From an uncultured archaeon (GTDB lineage: Archaea; Thermoproteota; EX4484-205; JAAOZP01), in NCBI GenBank assembly GCA_938045545.1, contig CALIBN010000006.1, positions 32,001 through 96,000 of the forward strand: a stretch of DNA of 64,000 bases. Reading direction: 5' to 3'. Below are positions 49,831-58,090 of this stretch, piece after piece. The notes beneath the pieces were generated by a model that was given only the letters and a program-made list of their open reading frames with translations, was not told the origin of the DNA and did no database searches. Within the stretch, counting starts at the first letter, position 1. Each line of letters opens with the position of its first letter. Position numbers and translations under genes: made by a program.

Positions 49831-50751
49831 TCACCCTCTTTCAATACTCTTGGTGAAAACCGCGAACCTACGGGCTTCAGACATGCCGTTCCTCACGTAG
49901 AAACTGTAGTTTCTACCCCCGCCCCAGGCCAACCAAGCATTCTTACCGCCGAGAGACTGGATCAGCCTTAGACACCTGTGGAACAGGACCGTCCCAACCC
50001 CCTTGTTCCTATGCTCCTCAGCAACCCCGAAAGGGCCGAAATGCTCTATCAGCCCGTCGGTAGCTATTTGACAATAGCCAACTATCTCCCCGCCGTGGAA
50101 AGCAAGAGTAAACCAGTCGAGACACCTAGGATATTTCTCCATCGTCCTCCTAGCGTCCTCGTACCACCATGGGAACCTGGCTTTAAGGAAGAGAAGAAGC
50201 TCCAACACGTGTTCATCGTCAAGCTGCCGGAATAAGTAGCCTTCTCCAGAAAGCCTTCTCTCAAGTTCTAAAACCTCTCTTGGTGTCGCGTATCCCATAA
50301 GCGACATGCTCATTGAAACCGATTCCCTGCTTGACTCACTGTAGCCGTTCTTGGTGAAGAAGCCTATCGCCCCCGGGTAAGCCTTAACGTCAACCCCTGG
50401 AACAAGGTATCTCGGCCCGCCTGAGAAGACTACTCTCTTAACCCCTTTCCCTCTGAGTTTTTCCTCAACCGTTGCAAGCATTCTCGACCCGACGCCCATG
50501 CCTCTAAACCCGTTTTTCACAGCAAGTATGTTTATGTATCCTGTTTCACCCCTTGTTACGGAGTAGATGAAGCCGACCACCCTGCCCTCGGACTCTGACA
50601 CGATGCAGAGATCAGGATCATAATTCTCCTGCAGGAGAACCCTGTACCTGAAGGACTCCTCGTTAAGCCTGTCGAGAGGCATCGCGTCATTGATGATTTC
50701 TAGAACAGGCCTGAGATCCCGGCCTTTAAAACTTCTTTCCTCCAGGTTCAA
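49831..50751 (-). CDS. Tandem GNAT N-acetyltransferase (GlmA-like)
   Basis: Two acetyl-CoA motifs FRGMGVG and HRNKGVG; YLVPGVD; HFGPFGV. Confidence 0.8.
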   Translation of the reverse strand: MNLEERSFKGRDLRPVLEIINDAMPLDRLNEESFRYRVLLQENYDPDLCIVSESEGRVVGFIYSVTRGETGYINILAVKNGFRGMGVGSRMLATVEEKLRGKGVKRVVFSGGPRYLVPGVDVKAYPGAIGFFTKNGYSESSRESVSMSMSLMGYATPREVLELERRLSGEGYLFRQLDDEHVLELLLFLKARFPWWYEDARRTMEKYPRCLDWFTLAFHGGEIVGYCQIATDGLIEHFGPFGVAEEHRNKGVGTVLFHRCLRLIQSLGGKNAWLAWGGGRNYSFYVRNGMSEARRFAVFTKSIERG

Positions 50752-50835
50752 CGAAAATCTGTTTGAACTGCTACATATAAGTGTTTTTCAAACCCAAGGT
50801 TTATCACCCACCGGGTTAACGTATAACGGCTTAAC

Positions 50836-51831
50836 ATGGTTTCAAGACTGGAGAGGATAGACGCGGAGTTTGAAAAACTGTTGACGGAGCATAGAAACCC
50901 TAGGACGGTTAGGATAGACAGGGTTGAGGTGGTTGAGGCCTTGAAGATGATAAACAGGGAGGACAAGAAGGTGGCTAGGGCTGTTGAACTAGAGATACCG
51001 AGGATCGCCAGGGCTGTTGAAAGCGTCGTCAAAGCCTTTAAGAAAGGCGGTAGGCTGATTTACGTTGGCGCCGGCACGAGCGGCAGGATAGGAGTCATAG
51101 ACGCGGCCGAGTGTCCACCTACCTTCGGCACAAGCCCAAGCATGGTTCAGGCTCTGATAGCGGGTGGAAGAAGAGCCATGTTCAGGGCTGTTGAAGGGGC
51201 TGAGGACAACATGAAGGCCGGGGTTAACGATATCAAGCGTCTTAAGGTTTCCGAGAGGGATGTCGTCATAGGGCTGAGCGCCTCGGGCAGGGCACCCTAC
51301 GTGGCAGGGGCTCTTAAGGAGGCTAGGCGAAGAGGTGCTGAAACCATTGCCGTCGCAACAGTGCCTAACCCTAAGATCGGGGTCTACGCCAACATACTGA
51401 TAACGCCAATAGTTGGTCCAGAAGCGATAGCGGGGTCTACTAGGATGAAGGCGGGTACTGCTGAGAAGATGGTGCTAAACATGATTTCAACAGTCTCGAT
51501 GGTCAGGATTGGAAAGGTGTATACGAACCTGATGATAGACATTAAGCCTTTAAGCGTGAAGCTTAGGTCACGGGCTAGGAGGCTGCTACGCTTTTTCGCA
51601 GGAGTCTCAAGCGAAGAGGCAGAGGAAATATACAGGGAGAGCAGGTATGATTTGAAGGTTGCTCTAGTCATGGCTTTAGCGAGGGTTGAGGCAGGCCAGG
51701 CAAGAAAAGCTTTGAGGAAAAGCCAGGGCCTAGTCTGGAGGGCTATAAGGCTGATTCAGGAAGAAAGCACGAGACCCAGGTTTAAAACTCGAAAACAACA
51801 ACGTCGTAAACCATCAGGCTGTCCAGAGTGA
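50836..51831 (+). CDS. murQ: N-acetylmuramic acid 6-phosphate etherase
   Basis: TEHRNP, GAGTSGRIG..DAAECPPTFG, VEGAED, GSTRMKAGTA.KMVLN, GKVY.NLM.D. Confidence 0.93.
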   Translation: MVSRLERIDAEFEKLLTEHRNPRTVRIDRVEVVEALKMINREDKKVARAVELEIPRIARAVESVVKAFKKGGRLIYVGAGTSGRIGVIDAAECPPTFGTSPSMVQALIAGGRRAMFRAVEGAEDNMKAGVNDIKRLKVSERDVVIGLSASGRAPYVAGALKEARRRGAETIAVATVPNPKIGVYANILITPIVGPEAIAGSTRMKAGTAEKMVLNMISTVSMVRIGKVYTNLMIDIKPLSVKLRSRARRLLRFFAGVSSEEAEEIYRESRYDLKVALVMALARVEAGQARKALRKSQGLVWRAIRLIQEESTRPRFKTRKQQRRKPSGCPE

Positions 51832-53968
51832 ATTCAAAACAGTCGGGGAGCTCCCGGACGGGGAGCATGCCTCTATCGCTAAGCTTAAACACCCTCCTGG
51901 GCCGGCTACCCCTGATTCTGACTTTAATATTGTGCACACTGGTTATGCTTGAAATAGGCCTCTGCATGTCTCCAGTAGTATTAACAAGGTGGACAAGAAT
52001 TCTGCCCGTGCTTCTCTGCTCCCTGACTTCGAACAGCACCGTCTCGGGAGCGTCAACCTCCACGACAGGAGGCTTACGCATCGCAAACCTAATGCAGCCG
52101 GCATAAACCTGCGAGATATCCGGCATCCTGTACCTGGAGTAGAAGTCTTCAATAAGCGAGGAGAAGTAGATCGTCCTGCTCTCGCCGTGGCTACTGCAGA
52201 TGATTGCAGCATAGTTCGAAACCCCTCTGGGAGCCGCGTAGTAGGCGCCTATCGGATTCATGAAAAAGCATATCGCCTCAGCATCCCGCCTGCTGAAAGC
52301 CTTAAGGCTATACACTGGTCTAGGGATTAACGCGCCAACAGGCATTGAGAAGATTTTCTTTTCAGGCTCTGCAAGCTTCATGTATTCCTCCCCGACCCTG
52401 GGAAGCATCATGCCGTCGCATCTTTCTACGCCTAGAATACTCCAGAGCGGGTTTTCAAGCCTATGGTCCCCATACTCGTCATAACAACCGGTTTCAAAGG
52501 AGCAGACCAAGCTTCCACCCTTTCCAATGAAGCTTCTAACGCTGCGGATCTGTTCATCGCTCAAGCAGGCAGAGTTTGGAAGAATAAGCAGAGAGTATTT
52601 TTCAAGCTCGCCTTTGGCAAGAGCGTCATCCAGAATCACGTCGTACGGAATATGGCTTCGGCTTAAAATGGTTGCAGCGCCCAGTATAGAGTTAGTGTAG
52701 ATCTCGTCGCATATTTCCTTTCTCGCCTTAAGGTCTGTTTTCCTCCTGCCAGTACTCCCCTCTATCCTAAGGTCCCTCTCAACACCAGTCCCCGGATCCA
52801 AGTATAGTTCCCTGAGCTCAGACAAGTAGAACGTGGATGTTTGCGTTGAGACCAGCAGGGCTACTTCAGCCTTCGAGACAGTGTCAGCATAGTATTCTTC
52901 GTTTCTCGACAGGAAGCCGAGAATGTTTCTCATAGGGGTTAAGGCATCCTCCAGCCTAGTGTCTAAAGCGTAGTCGAATACTGCGAACCAAGGGTTTGCA
53001 CCGCAGGAAACGGTTTGCGCAACCGAGACCTCAGCCTCGAAACGTGGCAGGGGAACGTAGTGCCAGCTGCCCAGCGCGTGATGGCTGAAGACAACCGCCG
53101 GCTTACCTTTGGCGGCGAGGTGCTTAGCCTCAAGCGTCCAGAAGATTAGAGGCACGTTTTGAGAACCAGGATGGAAGAACGCCTCTGCGCCGTTAAAATC
53201 CTCGTATTCGCTTAGCTTTTCAATGTTGCGGGCAACCCTCCAGCTGCCGGGCCACCAGGCCCCACCGTTAAGAAATATTACACCCTCCTCGTTAACCCTC
53301 TTAACAGCTTGACGAGCATCCCTGAGAAACTCAACCATAGACTCTTCTCTGAACTCTATGAATCTCTTCCAGAGAGGGTTCGACCAGTCTTCCCAGCTGG
53401 GAGGCTCGCTGCCATGCTTTTCCGAAAACTTTTCCCGGCATGACTTGCAGTAGCAGCACCCTGGGAAAACAACCGGCCCATCCAGGAAAACACCGTCAAT
53501 CCCTGTTTTCATAGCCTCCTCTATGAGTTCGAAAGCCCAGTTTCTCCACCCTGTGTTCACGCAGAAAGTCGTCCCGGATCCATATAGGGGATGCACGCTA
53601 CCATAGCTTCTACCGTCTTCTATGCGTTGCTCCCAATCAGCATGCCTACGTCCAAACTCATACGAATACCAGTGCATGTTCAAGTATGCTAAGACCCTGA
53701 TCCCATGCTTCCTGGCATGAGGCAAGTATTCCCTCACCAGGTCGAAATCACCCAGCCCAGGATACTTTTCGAACTTCGGCGTGTTGAAAGTGGTTAAGTA
53801 GCCCAGCCCCGGGGCTGTCCCCGGCGTACCTATCACCCATTCGCAGTTAATATTCCACTCCTCCTTCTTCCACCCGGCCAGCTTATCCATGTCTGATTCA
53901 GCCATCCTGCCCAGAGCATCCAAGTAGTCGAGCCTCATCATCCTAACGGGTTTCCGCCACCACTCCAA
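51782..53968 (-). CDS. Uncharacterised glycoside hydrolase (GHL6/GH42-like TIM barrel plus trimerisation-type domain)
   Basis: ARKHGIRVLAY, IDGVFLDG, CYCKSCREKF, IPYDVI, LILPNSACLSDEQ. Confidence 0.7.
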   Translation of the reverse strand: MEWWRKPVRMMRLDYLDALGRMAESDMDKLAGWKKEEWNINCEWVIGTPGTAPGLGYLTTFNTPKFEKYPGLGDFDLVREYLPHARKHGIRVLAYLNMHWYSYEFGRRHADWEQRIEDGRSYGSVHPLYGSGTTFCVNTGWRNWAFELIEEAMKTGIDGVFLDGPVVFPGCCYCKSCREKFSEKHGSEPPSWEDWSNPLWKRFIEFREESMVEFLRDARQAVKRVNEEGVIFLNGGAWWPGSWRVARNIEKLSEYEDFNGAEAFFHPGSQNVPLIFWTLEAKHLAAKGKPAVVFSHHALGSWHYVPLPRFEAEVSVAQTVSCGANPWFAVFDYALDTRLEDALTPMRNILGFLSRNEEYYADTVSKAEVALLVSTQTSTFYLSELRELYLDPGTGVERDLRIEGSTGRRKTDLKARKEICDEIYTNSILGAATILSRSHIPYDVILDDALAKGELEKYSLLILPNSACLSDEQIRSVRSFIGKGGSLVCSFETGCYDEYGDHRLENPLWSILGVERCDGMMLPRVGEEYMKLAEPEKKIFSMPVGALIPRPVYSLKAFSRRDAEAICFFMNPIGAYYAAPRGVSNYAAIICSSHGESRTIYFSSLIEDFYSRYRMPDISQVYAGCIRFAMRKPPVVEVDAPETVLFEVREQRSTGRILVHLVNTTGDMQRPISSITSVHNIKVRIRGSRPRRVFKLSDRGMLPVRELPDCFEFTLDSLMVYDVVVFEF

Positions 53969-54280
53969 GCCTATCGCCGTTTATGCGACGAGATGTTGAA
54001 AAGCTATTTTAAAACATTTATGCCTCATGCAAACCACAGTCATGAAGCTTAGAGCACTACCATCTCGTGATGCGGCAAGTTAAACAGAGAATTGTCTGCA
54101 ATACTCCCGCATCTCTTCAGAAAGCTTCAAGCGATTCATCTACTTGCTGACGCAACAATGGAGACGGTTTCTCCAGCATTGCGATGAGCCCATTTCCGGA
54201 TTTAAAGTATTTTTACCTAGTTTAAGTTTATAGCTTGGAACTAATACAGTAGACTAGTTAGAAAGCACGGAGGAAAAATA

Positions 54281-55399
54281 TTGGTCGAAGATGCAACGAG
54301 GGAACAGAAGGTACACGGTGTACAAATGTCGATTATAATCCCCACTTACATGGAAGCAGAAACCCTTTCTAAGCTTGTAGAAAGAGTAGAGAAGACTTTG
54401 GTGGAAACAGATTTCGAGATCATCATTGTCGACGATAATAGTCCCGATGGGACAGCTGACATCGCTGAGGGGCTTGGCATGAAGTTTGGAAATATCAGGG
54501 TGATAAGAAGGCCTGGAAAGCTGGGGTTGGGCTCTGCAGTGATGGATGGACTAAAGTTGGCGAGATCACAGCTGATCGCTGTTATGGACGCCGATTTGCA
54601 GCATCCTCCGGAAGTCCTAAAACATATGTTGGAGGAGTTAGGAAAAGGTTGTGATGTTGTCATCGCCTCAAGGTATGTTAAGGGTGGTGGAGCCCAGGGC
54701 CTCAGCGTGTGGAGGCGATTTATATCTAAAGGAGCCACCGTCCTTGCGCACGTTTCCCTGCCGAAGACGAGCCGCGTTTCAGACCCGCTATCTGGATATT
54801 TCGCGCTCAACAAGAAAGTGATTCATGGAATTAAGCTGAACCCGATCGGTTACAAGATCCTGCTCGAAATCCTTGTGAAAGGAAAATACGGAAGGGTCTG
54901 CGAAATACCTTACAACCTTCAGCATAGGGCTGGGGGTAGAAGTAAACTCGGTTTACGCGAGATTTTGCTTTATTTGAAACACTTATACTCATTGACAAAG
55001 GAGGCAAGCGAACATAGGAGGCTTATAAACTTCGTGCTGGTTGGGTTGGCGGGAATCCTAGTTAATGAGACCATCTTATGGTTTTTGACTGAACACTTAT
55101 ATCTGCATTATGTGTTTTCCGCTTCGATCAGCGCAGAAGTATCTGTTTTATCAAACTTCGCTCTGAACGAGGTTTTCACGTTCAGGGACCTGGTAGCAGA
55201 TTCCTCTTTAAGATCGGTGTTTAGAAGAGTCTTTGAATACAACTGGACAAGAATAGTGGGGATATGCATAGAGCTGTTCACATTGCATGTTTTAACCATT
55301 TTCGCGGGACTACACTATCTTCTTGCAAACCTTGTGGGTATTGCTTTAAGCTTGGCTTGGGGTTATTCAACCAGCATCTCAATTGTATGGAAGAGTTAG
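54281..55399 (+). CDS. GT2 dolichol-phosphate mannose synthase-like glycosyltransferase fused to a GtrA-like domain
   Basis: SIIIPTY.E, VDDNSPDGT, MDADLQHPP, ASRY, DPLSGYF; C-terminal FVLVGLAGILVNE..SNFALNE.FTF. Confidence 0.88.
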   Translation: MVEDATREQKVHGVQMSIIIPTYMEAETLSKLVERVEKTLVETDFEIIIVDDNSPDGTADIAEGLGMKFGNIRVIRRPGKLGLGSAVMDGLKLARSQLIAVMDADLQHPPEVLKHMLEELGKGCDVVIASRYVKGGGAQGLSVWRRFISKGATVLAHVSLPKTSRVSDPLSGYFALNKKVIHGIKLNPIGYKILLEILVKGKYGRVCEIPYNLQHRAGGRSKLGLREILLYLKHLYSLTKEASEHRRLINFVLVGLAGILVNETILWFLTEHLYLHYVFSASISAEVSVLSNFALNEVFTFRDLVADSSLRSVFRRVFEYNWTRIVGICIELFTLHVLTIFAGLHYLLANLVGIALSLAWGYSTSISIVWKS

Positions 55400-55561
55400 G
55401 CCATGCCAGTTATTCTTTGAGTAAGCTAGGGTGTTTTTTGAAGATGTTGAACACGAGTCTCATATTCCGAGATACTGGGTTGAGAGCAGTATTGAGCGTT
55501 AATCCAGTTCGATTAATTCCGAGCTGGTAGCGTTGCCGTAATGCTTTTAAACTTTGGCTTC

Positions 55562-55583
55562 TTATCAATAATTTGCCTGATAA
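55562..55583. promoter_or_regulatory. Inverted repeat TTATCA-N10-TGATAA; possible operator
   Basis: Lies between CTTTTAAA (about 55544) and ATG 55593. Confidence 0.3.
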
Positions 55584-55592
55584 TAAGCTAAG

Positions 55593-57887
55593 ATGAGCAT
55601 GCCTTTGAAAGCCGCACATTCGTGTTTGAAAACATTTACACTCATCCTTATTGTCGTCTTGCTTGCACTCAGCCTTCTCTCGATTCCTCTAGGCATTAGC
55701 ATAATCTTAGTTGAAGGCCTCTCGAATGCAGCCTCGAAAATCCAAACATCGTGGTACTTTTACTTCGCATTAGCTGAGATTATTTATTCTTTATGCTTCG
55801 TTTTTGCTTTCAGGTCGAGAGAAAGCCTCAGAAAATCTATACGTAAATTTCTTAACGAGCCCATTGCATTTCCAAGCGATAATTTCTTGCTACTTATGCC
55901 TGTTATCACGTGCTTAACCCATATGGCCCTGAGCCTTATCGAATCGATCCAAAAACATCTACAGATATCAACAGGCCTCCCACCCCTAAGCTCGGACCCG
56001 ATATCGGCCTACTTTGAATCAGCCTGGTCCCCCATACTTGAAGAGATTGTGTTTAGAATGCTCTTGCTGGGTTTTTTCTACTCTTTCTACCTGAACAGAG
56101 GCATCGGCACCCTTTCAGTTCGCAAAAAGCTCAATGTTTCTCTGCTTTCATTCTTAAGCCCGGAAAGCGCGAAGAGGCTTTTAAGATCATGGGGCTCATC
56201 CATATCTTTTAAAATCGAAAATGACGAATGGATGATCATCATTTTCTCCTCTGCCCTCTTTGCTTTTTCCCACTACGCGGTGCCAAACGCTTGGGGTATT
56301 GGAAAACTTACCTTAGCGTTCATACAAGGATTTACTATGGCGCTGTCATACGTCTTTTATGGTATCTATGCTTCCCTACTAATTCACTGGTACTTCAATT
56401 ACTATCTGTACACCAATAGACTAATTGCAGTTTTACTTCCAAACCTGTCATTTCTAAGCGTGTTCAGCGAAGTAGTATCCATGGTCTTGACAGTACTAAC
56501 CTTAACCCTGTTGGTGCTTTTGAACATTAGAAGCATGATCAAGACAGTTTCGTCTACCTGCAAGAAATATCGGCCGAGCCTCATAATGCTAGTCCCTAGA
56601 GCCTGCGTGACAATAAAGAAAAGAATGCTGGCTTTAAATGTTGTTAAAAAAGCAATCCCTGAGCTGGCTTTGCTAGCTGTAGTTGTCCTCACGTTAATCT
56701 TAAGGCTGTCCATTCTCGAATATCCGAAGCGTGAAACCTACGGAGGGATAGTAAGCTGGGACTTTATATTTGATGAGAAGTATTACGTTAGTGCAGCTAG
56801 AGACATGTTGGCAGACAAGGCAACGAACAATGAACATCCACCTCTAGTGAAGGTTTTCATTGCTTTGGGCATAATGTTCTTGGGAGATAACCCGGCAGGT
56901 TGGCGTGTCTTCACAATCTCAGCTGCAACGGCTTCAGTATTATTGGTGTACGCACTTTCTTTGCTTCTCAATGGTAGTAGAGAGGTTTCTCTTTGCTCAG
57001 CGATACTCTTTGCCTTAGACATAATGGTGTTCAACATAGGACAGATCGCCATTCTAGATGCTCCAGCAATAACGTTTATGCTTGCTGCAAGCGTATTATT
57101 TTTGAAGAAGAGGCATGATCTTGGCGGGTTTTTTCTAGGCTTAGCCTCATTGTGTAAGCTTACTTCCGTGTTTTTATATTTAGGCATCACAGCCTTTCTA
57201 GTTCTATCTGAGGTAAAGTCGTTCCGAAAGACTATAGAATCCTGTTTAAGGATTGGCGTCACAGCCCTTGTTGTCTTCTTAGCCGGATTATGGGTCTACG
57301 ACTCATTATATTCCGCCTTCGCTAAAAACCCTCTAAGTCACATTAGCTACATGCTAACATACCACAGCAGCCTGAAATATCAGGATTCGAAAGAAGTAAT
57401 TCTTCCATTACAATGGATAAATCCACTCGACCCGTTCACCCCCATGCCGTTCTACGTTATAACGACTATGGAAACAGTGGGAGGAACCCTTAAAGTATAC
57501 CATCCTGTTGCCTATTACGGTATCTACAGCCCTCTATGGTGGAGCATATGGATAGTCATGTCTCTAAGCCTATTCTACATCTTAAGAGAAGCAAGAAATA
57601 GAAGTTTTGAGAGAACCCGGCTTTTCATCCTTACTTGGATCCTTGCGAACTTCTTGCCTTATGTTTTTCTAGCATACCTAATGTCTAGATGGGTTTACCC
57701 ATTTTACTTCTACTTGACATTGCCGGCGCTATATATCGGTCTATCCAGCTACTTGAATAGATGCAAGTATTCAAAACTAGTTATGGCTTCCACTGTAATT
57801 TTGCAAGCTTTTTGGTTCGTCTTATGGTTTCCGGTTAAACCAAAGCTTCTTATTGATATCTTAGCATCTTTGGGATTGCCAGTTTAA
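55593..57887 (+). CDS. CPBP intramembrane protease fused to a PMT/GT-C (GT39-like) protein glycosyltransferase
   Basis: N-terminal half: PILEEIVFR, LFAFSH, IHWYFN. C-terminal half: FDEKYY, EHPPLVK, GDNPAGWR, AILD, LCKLTS, RWVYPFYF. Confidence 0.8.
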   Translation: MSMPLKAAHSCLKTFTLILIVVLLALSLLSIPLGISIILVEGLSNAASKIQTSWYFYFALAEIIYSLCFVFAFRSRESLRKSIRKFLNEPIAFPSDNFLLLMPVITCLTHMALSLIESIQKHLQISTGLPPLSSDPISAYFESAWSPILEEIVFRMLLLGFFYSFYLNRGIGTLSVRKKLNVSLLSFLSPESAKRLLRSWGSSISFKIENDEWMIIIFSSALFAFSHYAVPNAWGIGKLTLAFIQGFTMALSYVFYGIYASLLIHWYFNYYLYTNRLIAVLLPNLSFLSVFSEVVSMVLTVLTLTLLVLLNIRSMIKTVSSTCKKYRPSLIMLVPRACVTIKKRMLALNVVKKAIPELALLAVVVLTLILRLSILEYPKRETYGGIVSWDFIFDEKYYVSAARDMLADKATNNEHPPLVKVFIALGIMFLGDNPAGWRVFTISAATASVLLVYALSLLLNGSREVSLCSAILFALDIMVFNIGQIAILDAPAITFMLAASVLFLKKRHDLGGFFLGLASLCKLTSVFLYLGITAFLVLSEVKSFRKTIESCLRIGVTALVVFLAGLWVYDSLYSAFAKNPLSHISYMLTYHSSLKYQDSKEVILPLQWINPLDPFTPMPFYVITTMETVGGTLKVYHPVAYYGIYSPLWWSIWIVMSLSLFYILREARNRSFERTRLFILTWILANFLPYVFLAYLMSRWVYPFYFYLTLPALYIGLSSYLNRCKYSKLVMASTVILQAFWFVLWFPVKPKLLIDILASLGLPV

Positions 57888-58090
57888 AGAAACCGATCTC
57901 GACTCGACTCCCACTCGTATTGAAAGAAGACGGTGCAAAATATGACGAGGCAGATGAGAATTTTAAAAATCATGGTGTCTGTTTAGACATATTATGGTCA
58001 AGATTAATAACAAAACTTTTTTGCATCACCTAGCAATCTCATATAAGGTGGTACTTAATTTTTATTGAAAAAGATAACAGGGTATTATAG

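Noticed and set aside
50811-50829. TATCAC-N5-GGGTTA as a TrmB-type sugar operator upstream of murQ
   Set aside because: The second half-site matches poorly, and the sequence coincides with the expected TATA position.
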